Assembly (NCBI GenBank): GCA_965283725.1
Contig: CBDIPT010000001.1
Location: forward strand, 799,154-863,153
DNA length: 64,000 nucleotides
Direction of reading: 5' to 3'
Source of the DNA: Limisphaerales bacterium
GTDB lineage: Bacteria > Verrucomicrobiota > Verrucomicrobiia > Limisphaerales > JAEYXS01
In this document: one piece after another, positions 38,644 to 47,491 of the stretch
Numbering within the stretch: position 1 is the stretch's first letter
Layout of the letters: the number at the start of each line of letters is the position of its first letter
Program-made: the position numbers and the translations under genes
The notes under the pieces: generated by a model
The model's database searches: none
Told to the model about the DNA's origin: nothing
What the model saw: the letters and a program-made list of their open reading frames with translations, nothing else

Positions 38644-38904
38644 ATGAACCGACTGCCAAACCCATTGCTGAAGCCGCAGGCGTTTATGACCCGCCGGGAG
38701 ATGTTACGACGTTGCGGGGCGGGTTTCGGCCTGGTGGGCCTGGCGGCGATGTGGGGCAAGGATGTGCTCGCGGGAGAAGCCGGGGGGGCGCATCCGCTGG
38801 AGGTGAAGGCGTCGCATTATCCCGCCAAAGCGAATACGTCATCCAGATCCTGGCGAATGGTGGGCCTTCGCAGATGGATACCTTCGATCCGAAGCCGATG
38901 CTGA
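38644..38904 (+). CDS. DUF1501 protein, N-terminal fragment (Tat signal); frameshifted
   Basis: 'TRREMLRRCGAGFGLVGLAAM' is a Tat signal and 'SHYPAKA' is the start of the conserved DUF1501 block. Junk translation follows ~38833. Confidence 0.7.
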   Translation: MNRLPNPLLKPQAFMTRREMLRRCGAGFGLVGLAAMWGKDVLAGEAGGAHPLEVKASHYPAKANTSSRSWRMVGLRRWIPSIRSRC

Positions 38905-40085
38905 ACAAGTATCACGGGCAACGGCTGCCGTTGCACTTCGCCACGGAACGTCCGACCGGGGCGGCCTTGGGATCGCCCTTTAAATTCAAGAAGTACGGGC
39001 AAAGCGGTCTGGAAGTCAGCGAGATATTCGGTTCGCTTGCCGAGCAGCACGCGGACAAGTTGTGTGTCATCCGCTCGATGCATACGGATGTGCCGATCCA
39101 CGAGAGTTCGCTGCGGTTGATGAATTGCGGGGCGAGCATCATGGCGCGACCGAGCATCGGGGCTTGGGTGACGTATGGTCTGGGCACGGAGAACCAGAAT
39201 CTGCCGGGCTTTGTGGTGCTGGTGCCGAAGGGGATGCCGGTGGCCGGGGCAGATAATTGGCAATCGTCTTTCCTGCCGGGAGCGTATCAGGGCACATACA
39301 TCGAGACGCAGGACAAAAAACCGCAGGAGTTGATCGAGAATTTGCGCAATCCGTATCTCTCGGCCACCGAGCAGGAGGCGCAACTGTCATTTGTCGAGAA
39401 ATTGAACCAACGGCATCAGGCGACGCGGCACGAGGCTGCGTTGGATGCGCGCATCCATTCGTTTGAGATGGCTTTTCGCATGCAGAACGCAGCGACGGAC
39501 GCTTTTGATATCGATCGTGAACCCGCGCATATCCGGGCGATGTACGGCAACACGGCACAGGCGAAGCAGATGCTCATCGCCCGGCGGTTGGTGGAACGCG
39601 GAGTGCGTTATGTGCAGGTGTGGCACGGGACTTTGCAGCCGTGGGACAGCCATAACAACATCGAGCAAGACCACCGGCGGTTGGCCAATGATTGCAGCCA
39701 AGGCATCACGGCGTTGCTGACGGATTTGGAGGCGCGCGGACTGTTGGAAGAGACGTTGGTGATTTGGGGTGGTGAATTTGGGCGGACTCCCACGGTGGAA
39801 TTGACCCAAGATGCCGCCTTAAAGCCTACGGCCGGGCGGGATCACAATAACCATGGTTTCACGATGTGGCTGGCGGGTGGGGGAACCAAAGGCGGTGTGG
39901 TGCATGGGGCGACGGATGATTTCGGGTTTGGTGCCGTGCAGAACCGGGTGCATGTGCATGATTTGCAAGCCACAGTGCTGCATCTGCTGGGGATTGATCA
40001 CGAGAAGCTGGTGTACCGTCATTCCGGGCGGGATTTCCGGCTGACGGATGTGCACGGGCACGTGGTCCGGGAGTTGTTAGCCTGA
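38712..40085 (+). CDS. DUF1501 protein, main body
   Basis: The meaningful sequence begins 'YVIQILANGGPSQMDTFDPKP', then 'WDSH', 'GGEFGRTP', 'GRDHN'. The first ~40 called codons are Gly/Arg junk. Confidence 0.85.
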   Translation: MRGGFRPGGPGGDVGQGCARGRSRGGASAGGEGVALSRQSEYVIQILANGGPSQMDTFDPKPMLNKYHGQRLPLHFATERPTGAALGSPFKFKKYGQSGLEVSEIFGSLAEQHADKLCVIRSMHTDVPIHESSLRLMNCGASIMARPSIGAWVTYGLGTENQNLPGFVVLVPKGMPVAGADNWQSSFLPGAYQGTYIETQDKKPQELIENLRNPYLSATEQEAQLSFVEKLNQRHQATRHEAALDARIHSFEMAFRMQNAATDAFDIDREPAHIRAMYGNTAQAKQMLIARRLVERGVRYVQVWHGTLQPWDSHNNIEQDHRRLANDCSQGITALLTDLEARGLLEETLVIWGGEFGRTPTVELTQDAALKPTAGRDHNNHGFTMWLAGGGTKGGVVHGATDDFGFGAVQNRVHVHDLQATVLHLLGIDHEKLVYRHSGRDFRLTDVHGHVVRELLA

Positions 40086-40255
40086 CCACTTGAGGGGCTA
40101 TTAGGGGTAGTTTTAGGGTGTTTGGAGCAAGAAAAGGAGAGCGGAAAAGAGGGTTTTACACACCTGTGACAAAACTGATGGTGCATTTTGGGCGCTTCAG
40201 CCGATACATTGACGTGTAGCAAAAGAAACGTTGTCGTGCTGAGGGTCCAAACAGC

Positions 40256-42790
40256 TTGAAAAGAAACTTTGAAAAGGGTGAGTTGGTTCTTAAGGGTGAT
40301 CTGGTTTTTCTGATCACTTGGGAAAAGAAGAAGTTTGTCGGATTTATCCGCTTACTTTGCCTGTTGGTGTGCAGCGCCTTGCCGTTCGTGCAAGCCGTTG
40401 AAGCGCAGGAGACGAACGCCCCCATCAAACGCAAACTGATAGTCGGTTGCGAACTGGATTACCCGCCATTTTCCCTCATCAAGCCCGATCAATCACCGGA
40501 CGGTTTTACCGTCGACCTGTGGAATGCGGTCGCCAAGGAAGCGGGCCTCAACTACGAGATCAAGGTCGCCCCGTTTCATGAGATTCTGACCGGTTTCAAG
40601 GATGGCACGATTGACGTGATGATCAACCTGGCCCAATCCGAGGCGCGGAAGCAGTTCACTGATTTTGCGGTACCCCATGTCACGATGTATGGGGCGATTT
40701 TTGTGCGCAAAGGGGATCATCGGATCAAGACGGACAAGGATTTGACCGGGAAGTCGCTGATCGTGTTGAACAAGGATCTGGCCCATGATTATGCCGTTTC
40801 CCGCGGTTGGACGAATCTCGCCCTCGTGGATGACACTGCGAGTGGTCTGAAGTTGCTGGCGCAGGGGAACCATGACGCGATGTTGGTGGGCAAGCTGGTC
40901 GGCTTGAATGAAATCCGGGAGCACAAAATCAAAAACGTGGAGCCGGTGGACTATCGGCTGGAGTTCTTCCAGAAGTTTGCTTTCTGCGTCAAAAAAGACG
41001 TGCCGGGCAATACGGAATTGCTGGCGAAGATCAACGAAGGTCTGGCTTTGGTGAAGGCCAACGGAACCTATGATGTGCTGTATGAGAAATGGTTCGGCAT
41101 CCTGGAGCCGCGGAAAATCAGCCTCGCCCAAATCCTGAAGTATCTGATTCCCGCCGTGGTGCTGATTCTGCTGACTTCGTTTGCCTATGCGTTTGAGCGG
41201 CGCTTGCGGTTGCGGTTGAAGCAATCGGTATCCACGTTGAACGCCACGCTAGAGTCAACGGCGGACGGTATCCTGGTGGTGGATACCAAAGGGAATTTCA
41301 TCACCTATAACCGCAATTTCCTGGAGCTGTGGAAGCTCTCCGATGCGGTCATCAAAGCCGGGGACCGGGGCAAGGTTATCCAGTATATCGCGGATCAGAC
41401 CTTGAATCCGGAGGCGTTCATCGCCCGGATCGACAGTTTGTATCAACAGCCTGAAGCGCAGAGTTTCGAAATCGTCCACCTCAAGGATGGACGTTGTTTT
41501 GAGCGTTTTTCCAAACCCCAATATGTGGATGGTCGCAGCCACGGGCGGGTCTGGAGCTTGCGGGATGTGACGGAACGTGAACGGGCCGCCCAGCAGGCGC
41601 AACGGTTCAATCAGGAACTGGAGCAGCGGGTGCAGGAACGCACCCGGCAGTTGGAGATAGCGAGCCGCGACCTGGAGCGCCTTTCCTATGTGGCCTCTCG
41701 TACGAGCAACGTGGTCATCATTTCCGATGCGGAGGGCAAGATCGAATGGGTGAACAACGGGTTTGAACGGTTGACCGGTTGGTCCAGCCAGGAAGTCATG
41801 GGCCGCAAAGCGGGGCATTTCCTGCAAGGGCCGGAGACGGATCAGAATACGGTTCAACAGATCCGGGAAGCCATCAAAGCGGAGCGGCCGATCCATTTCG
41901 AGTTGTTGAATTACAGCCGGAGCGGGAAGCCTTATTGGATCGAAGCGGAGATCTGCCCGGTGTTCGACAAACAGGGGCGGGTGATCAATTTCATCGCGAT
42001 CGAATCGGATATCACCGAGCGCCGCCAATCGCATGAAGCATTGAAGCGGCAAGGCGAAGAGCTGACCGAGCTGAATGCCTATCTGCAAAAGGCGCTGAAA
42101 TCGCGGGATGAGTTTTTGGCGGCGATGAGCCACGAGTTGCGGACGCCACTGAATGGGATCCTGACGCTTTCGGAATTGCTGAATGAGCAGGCTTACGGAC
42201 CGTTGAATGAACGGCAGCAAAAGTATCTGGCCCAGATCAATGAAAGCGGCCAGCACCTGCTGGAGCTGATTAATGACATCCTGGATCTGGCCAAAATTGA
42301 AGCCGGCAACATCGTCCTCGAGCCGGGTTATTGCGATGTGGACAGCATGTGCCAAAGCAGCCTGCGGCTGATGCGCCAGACGGCGATGAAGAAGAATCAG
42401 CAGATCGCCTTCAGCCTAGAACCGGCGGACTTGAAGATCTGGGCTGATTCGCGCCGGCTGAAGCAGGTGCTTGTGAATCTGCTCGGCAACGCGGTGAAGT
42501 TCACGCCGGAAGGCGGCCAGATCGGCCTCGCGGTCACGGCGAACGAAAAAGAAGTGCGCTTTGAGGTGTCCGATAATGGGATCGGTATTTCGGCTGATAA
42601 ACTTGGCCGGCTGTTCATGCCGTTTGTGCAATTGGACAGCGGATTGTCTCGGCAGTATAACGGCACGGGATTAGGATTGGCGCTCGTTCGCCGTTTGCTT
42701 GAACAGCATGGTGGCCGCGTCGAAGTGACCAGTGAACTGGGCAAGGGCAGCCGCTTTGTGGCAATCGTGCCAAGGGGTTACAAAGGTTGA
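40256..42790 (+). CDS. sensor histidine kinase with periplasmic solute-binding (SBP family 3) domain, two PAS domains, HisKA and HATPase
   Basis: 'GCELDYPPFS..DGFTVDLW' is an SBP_bac_3-like domain. H-box 'SHELRTPLNGI'. G-boxes 'DNGIGI', 'GTGLGLALV'. The exact start is uncertain (called TTG). Confidence 0.85.
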   Translation: MKRNFEKGELVLKGDLVFLITWEKKKFVGFIRLLCLLVCSALPFVQAVEAQETNAPIKRKLIVGCELDYPPFSLIKPDQSPDGFTVDLWNAVAKEAGLNYEIKVAPFHEILTGFKDGTIDVMINLAQSEARKQFTDFAVPHVTMYGAIFVRKGDHRIKTDKDLTGKSLIVLNKDLAHDYAVSRGWTNLALVDDTASGLKLLAQGNHDAMLVGKLVGLNEIREHKIKNVEPVDYRLEFFQKFAFCVKKDVPGNTELLAKINEGLALVKANGTYDVLYEKWFGILEPRKISLAQILKYLIPAVVLILLTSFAYAFERRLRLRLKQSVSTLNATLESTADGILVVDTKGNFITYNRNFLELWKLSDAVIKAGDRGKVIQYIADQTLNPEAFIARIDSLYQQPEAQSFEIVHLKDGRCFERFSKPQYVDGRSHGRVWSLRDVTERERAAQQAQRFNQELEQRVQERTRQLEIASRDLERLSYVASRTSNVVIISDAEGKIEWVNNGFERLTGWSSQEVMGRKAGHFLQGPETDQNTVQQIREAIKAERPIHFELLNYSRSGKPYWIEAEICPVFDKQGRVINFIAIESDITERRQSHEALKRQGEELTELNAYLQKALKSRDEFLAAMSHELRTPLNGILTLSELLNEQAYGPLNERQQKYLAQINESGQHLLELINDILDLAKIEAGNIVLEPGYCDVDSMCQSSLRLMRQTAMKKNQQIAFSLEPADLKIWADSRRLKQVLVNLLGNAVKFTPEGGQIGLAVTANEKEVRFEVSDNGIGISADKLGRLFMPFVQLDSGLSRQYNGTGLGLALVRRLLEQHGGRVEVTSELGKGSRFVAIVPRGYKG

Positions 42791-42887
42791 TGCGAAAGTT
42801 CGCGGGAAGGCAACCTGCGGCTGGCGATAAATGCAAAGATGGGGGCTGTTAGTCTGTCTTCCTGCCAGTTTACTAAAACACCACCAA

Positions 42888-44228
42888 TCAAGGACGGTGC
42901 AAGAATTTGCCGATCAACGTCACGAGCTCTGACAGTCGTACGGGTTTGGTGAGATACTCGTTCACCCCGGCGGCCAGGCAGCGCTCGCGGTCGCCGGGCA
43001 TGGCGAGAGCGGTCAAAGCGACGATCGGCACGCGGTTAAGTTTTTTGTCGTTCAGCAAGCGAATCTGGCGCGTGGCCTCCAAGCCGTCCATCTTCGGCAT
43101 CTGGATATCCATCAAAACCAAGTCGGGCTGGCATTTCTGCACTTCCGCCACGCCGGCTTCACCGTTATCGGCTACGATCACTTCATACCCTTTGACTTCC
43201 AGATAATCCCGGACGGTGGTTACGTTCACAATGTTATCTTCGCACAACAAGATACGGCCTTTGCGCTGGGCTGGCGTGACCGAAGCAGCAGGCGCAGCCT
43301 CGACGGGCAGGGCCGAAACTTTCGGCACCGTGAGGGCTCCATCCCAAGGCAACAGGACGGAGAACCGGCTGCCTTTGCCCGGTTCGCTGGTCACTTCGAC
43401 ACGGCCACCGTGCAATTCCACCAGTTGTTTGACCAGCGCGAGGCCCAGCCCGGTTCCGTTGTATTGCCGGGATAGGCTGGAATCAAACTGGACGAAAGGT
43501 TGGAAAAGATTGGGCATCTGTTCCGGGGCAATGCCGATGCCGTGATCCCAAACTTCAAAGCGGATGGCTTCGTTCTCGCCTTTGACCAGCAAACCGAGTT
43601 CGCCGCCTTCGGGGGTGAACTTCACCGCATTGCCGAGCAGATTCACGAGTACCTGCTTCATCCGGCGGCTGTCCAGATGCACGCGCATACCGTGCGGCGT
43701 GGTCTGGACGTTGAAACGCTGGCGTTTGACGCCGACGGATTCCCGGACGAGCCGCACGCACGACTGGCAAAGTTCTTCGACATCGATCTGCGTGCGTTCC
43801 AAATGCACCCGGCCGCTTTGGATCTTGGCGACATCCAAGATGTCATTGATCAGCACGAGCAGGTGGCGGCCGCTTTCTTCCACCACTTTCAAATACTTTT
43901 CCTGCTTGGGATTCAGCGGGCCGTGGAGCTTCTCGAGCAACGCCTCGGACAGGGTGAGGATACCGGTCAAGGGAGTGCGGAGCTCATGACTCATTGAAGC
44001 GAGGAATTCATCCTTCAACTTGCCGGCTTTGGCCAATTGCGCATTGGCAAGCGCCAGTGCTTCGGCCTGGGCGCGCAGTTCCGCCTTCTTCTTTTTCAGG
44101 CTGGTGATGTCGTGAACGCTCGTACGATGGCCGATGTTTTTGCCCTCGTGGTCGTACATGGGCTGCCAGGATACGGCCACCCAGATCGCTTCGCCGTCTT
44201 TCCGCACGGCCCGGAGTTCCTCGTTCAA
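42888..44228 (-). CDS. hybrid histidine kinase, C-terminal part (end of PAS, HisKA, HATPase, REC); frameshifted from 44225..44899
   Basis: H-box 'SHELRTPLTGI', 'GTGLGLALV'. Receiver 'ILLCEDN..LVLMDIQMPKMDG..LTKP'. The called TTG start lies inside a PAS domain. Confidence 0.85.
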   Translation of the reverse strand: MNEELRAVRKDGEAIWVAVSWQPMYDHEGKNIGHRTSVHDITSLKKKKAELRAQAEALALANAQLAKAGKLKDEFLASMSHELRTPLTGILTLSEALLEKLHGPLNPKQEKYLKVVEESGRHLLVLINDILDVAKIQSGRVHLERTQIDVEELCQSCVRLVRESVGVKRQRFNVQTTPHGMRVHLDSRRMKQVLVNLLGNAVKFTPEGGELGLLVKGENEAIRFEVWDHGIGIAPEQMPNLFQPFVQFDSSLSRQYNGTGLGLALVKQLVELHGGRVEVTSEPGKGSRFSVLLPWDGALTVPKVSALPVEAAPAASVTPAQRKGRILLCEDNIVNVTTVRDYLEVKGYEVIVADNGEAGVAEVQKCQPDLVLMDIQMPKMDGLEATRQIRLLNDKKLNRVPIVALTALAMPGDRERCLAAGVNEYLTKPVRLSELVTLIGKFLHRP

Positions 44229-44899
44229 ACCGGAGGAACTGGCACTGCATTCCAGGAAAATTCACGCGCCCGCTGGCGATCATCGGGATGGATGATGGGC
44301 AGGGGATAATCCGGCATCAGGGAGCATTCTTCGGCAGTGTAACCGGTGACCTTGACGACGCCCGGATTCACCCAGAGCAGATGGCCATCTGGTCCCAACC
44401 AGCTTTCCCAATCGTTCGTGTAATCGGCGATGGCCCGGAAGCGATGTTCGGAATCTTCCAAGGCACGCGCCGTTTGCTTCCGTTCCGTCACATCCCGGAG
44501 GAAGACGCCCATGGCTGGAGCATCGGCACCCTCGGGAGTTAATTTGAAAATGGTGGCATCGATGGAAAACTCAGAACCATCCTGCCGGCGACCAGCCACT
44601 TCCCGGAAGCTGCTGGACATGTTCCGGGCGACATCGGACGAGGATTGAAACGAGTTGATATGCCTGGCGTGCAGTCCTTTGACAGAAACTGGCAGCAACA
44701 GCTCGAGCGGCTGGCCAAGCAGTTTTTCTTCCGGGTAACCAAACATCCGGAGTGCGGCGGGGTTGGCGTAAACAATCTGCTGGCGGCTGTTGATGAGAAT
44801 CACCGCGTCTGCCGCGCAGCTCAATACCTGCGGCCAAACGGATTGAGGCAAGGGTGTGGCCGTTCCTGATGAAACGTTGGACTCTGGGCCATGACTCAT
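44225..44899 (-). CDS. hybrid histidine kinase, N-terminal part (PAS-PAS)
   Basis: 'DAVILINSRQQIVYANPAALRMFGY' and 'GHLLWVNPGVVKVTGYTAEE' are PAS cores. The ORF ends in 'REFSWNAVPVPPV*' right after an A4/T4 run. Confidence 0.8.
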   Translation of the reverse strand: MSHGPESNVSSGTATPLPQSVWPQVLSCAADAVILINSRQQIVYANPAALRMFGYPEEKLLGQPLELLLPVSVKGLHARHINSFQSSSDVARNMSSSFREVAGRRQDGSEFSIDATIFKLTPEGADAPAMGVFLRDVTERKQTARALEDSEHRFRAIADYTNDWESWLGPDGHLLWVNPGVVKVTGYTAEECSLMPDYPLPIIHPDDRQRAREFSWNAVPVPPV

Positions 44900-45021
44900 A
44901 AATAGGTGGATTACGGGCTTAAATTACGCTGACGGGATTTCAAGCGCCACTCTTATCCCGACGCCATCCGGCCGGTTACTGATATTGAAGCGACCGTGGA
45001 CGCACTCGGTGAGGTCCTCGA

Positions 45022-46350
45022 TCAGGGCCAGCCCGAGTCCCCAGCAGGGACATTACCGGTCAGATGTTTCTCGGCCTGGGTGAATGGCAAAGTGATATCA
45101 GCCAGTTGTTTAGCGCTCAAGCTAACGCCGTCGTCCAAGACCTCCAGCCGGATGAATTTGTCTTCTGTCAGGCTGATGTTGACGTTCACCTGCGGCTTGC
45201 CGTGCGGATGAAACTTGAGCGAGTTGGAGAGCAATTCCTGCAACAGCAGGCTGCAGCCTGATTCATTGAAAGGCAGTTTCGTGCTGGAGATATGGGCGGC
45301 GGCGGTAAACGTCGGCGCGTTTTGATAGCCCAGAGCGGTGGCGGTCTTTTTCACCAGCGTGCCGAGCAACGCCGTGGGAAACTTGCCGGCAAAGCTGTGG
45401 CGCAAATTGGGGTCGATGTAGCGCAGGAGATCGTCGTTTAGCTCAATCAGACTGCGGATGGCATTGCCCATGTAAGTCCCATATTCGCTGCTGGCAAACT
45501 TGGGTTCCTCCATGGTCATGATCTCAAAAGAGCCGTTCAGGGCATTCAGCGGGGTGCGCAGTTTATGGGAAACCACGCTTTGGAAGATATTGCTCATGCG
45601 CCGGTGTTCCACGGCATCGGTGATATCCCGCAGCAGCGCGACCCGGCCAGATTCTCCTTCGATATAGGCTTGGCGCCAACGGACTTCGAGCACGTAGGAA
45701 GGGGCCGTGGGAGTTTCGCTGAAGGTCCAGTTCTCCAAGCTTTCTTGCTGGGGAGTGGAGCTGAGCAGGCTGCCGCGCAAGCGGTAATGCCTGTCCCGCA
45801 AATCGGACAGCTTGAGCTGGCGGATGTCCGTGCCAGGCGCCATGAACAGCCAGCGGCGGGCGGTGGCATTGGCGAAGCGGATGGTGCCATCCTCGGATTC
45901 CATCAGCACACCATCAGCCAGATTCTCGATCACCCATTCGAAGCGGGAACGCTCTTCTTGCAGGATGCGGAAACGATTCAAGCGGGTGAGGGTCCGCAGC
46001 CGGATGCGCAATTCCAGCTTGTCGAAAGGCTTTTCGAGAAACTCATCCGCCCCAGCTTCCAGCCCGCGCAGGCGGGAGCCGCGATCCGCCAGGGAACTCA
46101 TCATGACGATGGGGACGGCGGCGACTTCGGGCACATGACGCAAGAACTGGCAAACTTCGTAGCCGTCCTGGTCGGGCATCATCACGTCCAGCAGGATGAC
46201 GTCAGGCCGGATCCGGCGGACCAGCTCGATGCCTTCTTTGGCGGTGGCGGCAAAGAGGAGATCATATCCCTCGGCGGCCAAGATAGATTCCAAGGCGGCA
46301 TGGAGGATGATCTCATCGTCGATGATCAGGATTTTAGCGTTCTTTTCCAA
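45022..46350 (-). CDS. response-regulator / histidine-kinase hybrid (REC, PAS-like, HisKA-like, HATPase); 3' end frameshifted (probable true stop 44924-44926)
   Basis: REC 'ILIIDDE..VILLDVMMPDQDG..EKPF'. 'SHKLRTPLNAL' is the H-box. After the C4 run (45039-45042) the adjacent frame reads 'GLGLALIEDLTECVHGRFNISNRPDGVGIRVALEIPSA*', i.e. the missing G2 box. Confidence 0.8.
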   Translation of the reverse strand: MEKNAKILIIDDEIILHAALESILAAEGYDLLFAATAKEGIELVRRIRPDVILLDVMMPDQDGYEVCQFLRHVPEVAAVPIVMMSSLADRGSRLRGLEAGADEFLEKPFDKLELRIRLRTLTRLNRFRILQEERSRFEWVIENLADGVLMESEDGTIRFANATARRWLFMAPGTDIRQLKLSDLRDRHYRLRGSLLSSTPQQESLENWTFSETPTAPSYVLEVRWRQAYIEGESGRVALLRDITDAVEHRRMSNIFQSVVSHKLRTPLNALNGSFEIMTMEEPKFASSEYGTYMGNAIRSLIELNDDLLRYIDPNLRHSFAGKFPTALLGTLVKKTATALGYQNAPTFTAAAHISSTKLPFNESGCSLLLQELLSNSLKFHPHGKPQVNVNISLTEDKFIRLEVLDDGVSLSAKQLADITLPFTQAEKHLTGNVPAGDSGWP

Positions 46351-46627
46351 TGCTACTTTCTTATCGGCGATTTGGGACAGACATTGAACTTAAGTCTTGG
46401 GCTTAAAATGCCGTTTAATAGCCCAAAACTGTTTAGCAGCCGGTAATAGTTTGATTGCCAGAACCGGGTGTGGGACAGAAAGTGTGTCAATTTTAGTGAT
46501 CAAACATTCAAAGGTATCGTCTATGACCGATATACGGTTTAGCGGCAGAATGAGGGCAGGTTTAAGCGGAAGTTCGTCATGGATGTGTCAAAACAGAATT
46601 TGGTGAAGGCGGTAGCCGCGATTAATA

Positions 46628-47332
46628 ATGCAAACAGCTCCTAGAATCCTGTTGGTCGAGGATGATCCGAACCAGATGATGGTCTTGAAGGACTATCTTG
46701 TGGAGTTGGGCTATCATGTCTTGGAAGCCCGCAGCGGGGTGGAAGGGCTGGCCAGTGCCCGGCGAAATCTGCCTGATCTGGTCGTCGCCGACTGGTTGAT
46801 GCCCCAGATGACCGGGGTGGAATTGTGCGAACAATTGCGGGAATCGGGCTACACGGGTCCTTTGGTCTTGCTAACTTCCAAGAGCGATCTGGACAGTCAA
46901 TTAGGTGGATTGAAACGGGGAGCGGATGATTATTGGATCAAGCCGGTGCCGCTCAAGCTCATCCAAGCCAAGATCGAGGCGCTTCTACGGCGAAAACAGA
47001 CCGAGACGTTTGCTGAAGTGGCAGTGGATATCGGGGCCGCGAAATTTGATGCCGCCCGGGCCGTGCTGATCGCCGAGGGCAAGGAATTGGAACTGAATCC
47101 CAAGGAAGCGGGCATCTTGAAATTGCTGTTGCTGAAGGAAGGGGCGCCCGTCAGCCGGGATCGCTTGCTCGCCTCGGTCTGGGGTTATGACAATCTGCCG
47201 AACACGCGGACGGTGGATAATTACGTGATGTCGCTCCGGCGCAAGCTGGAGACGGCGGCGGGTGCCAAGGTCTCCATCGTCACCAAACGCAGTCTGGGCT
47301 ATTTGCTGGTTCGTGATGGTGGTGAAGCCTAG
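46628..47332 (+). CDS. OmpR/PhoB-family DNA-binding response regulator
   Basis: REC 'ILLVEDD..LVVADWLMPQMTG..IKP' plus winged helix 'LNPKEAGILKLLL..VSRDRLL..VWGY..RTVDNYVMSLRRKLE'. Confidence 0.9.
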   Translation: MQTAPRILLVEDDPNQMMVLKDYLVELGYHVLEARSGVEGLASARRNLPDLVVADWLMPQMTGVELCEQLRESGYTGPLVLLTSKSDLDSQLGGLKRGADDYWIKPVPLKLIQAKIEALLRRKQTETFAEVAVDIGAAKFDAARAVLIAEGKELELNPKEAGILKLLLLKEGAPVSRDRLLASVWGYDNLPNTRTVDNYVMSLRRKLETAAGAKVSIVTKRSLGYLLVRDGGEA

Positions 47333-47491
47333 AGGTTGAATTTTCAGGGATGGGTGAGTTTGCCGGAATGGCGGAAATGACGAAGCCATGACATTACTAG
47401 GGTTGACTCTTTGCGGCTGACGCCGTCTGTTAGCTGTAGATGAGTAAAGCTTTGCCGAAAGCGGCACGCTTGTTGCCTATTCGTTGAATAC

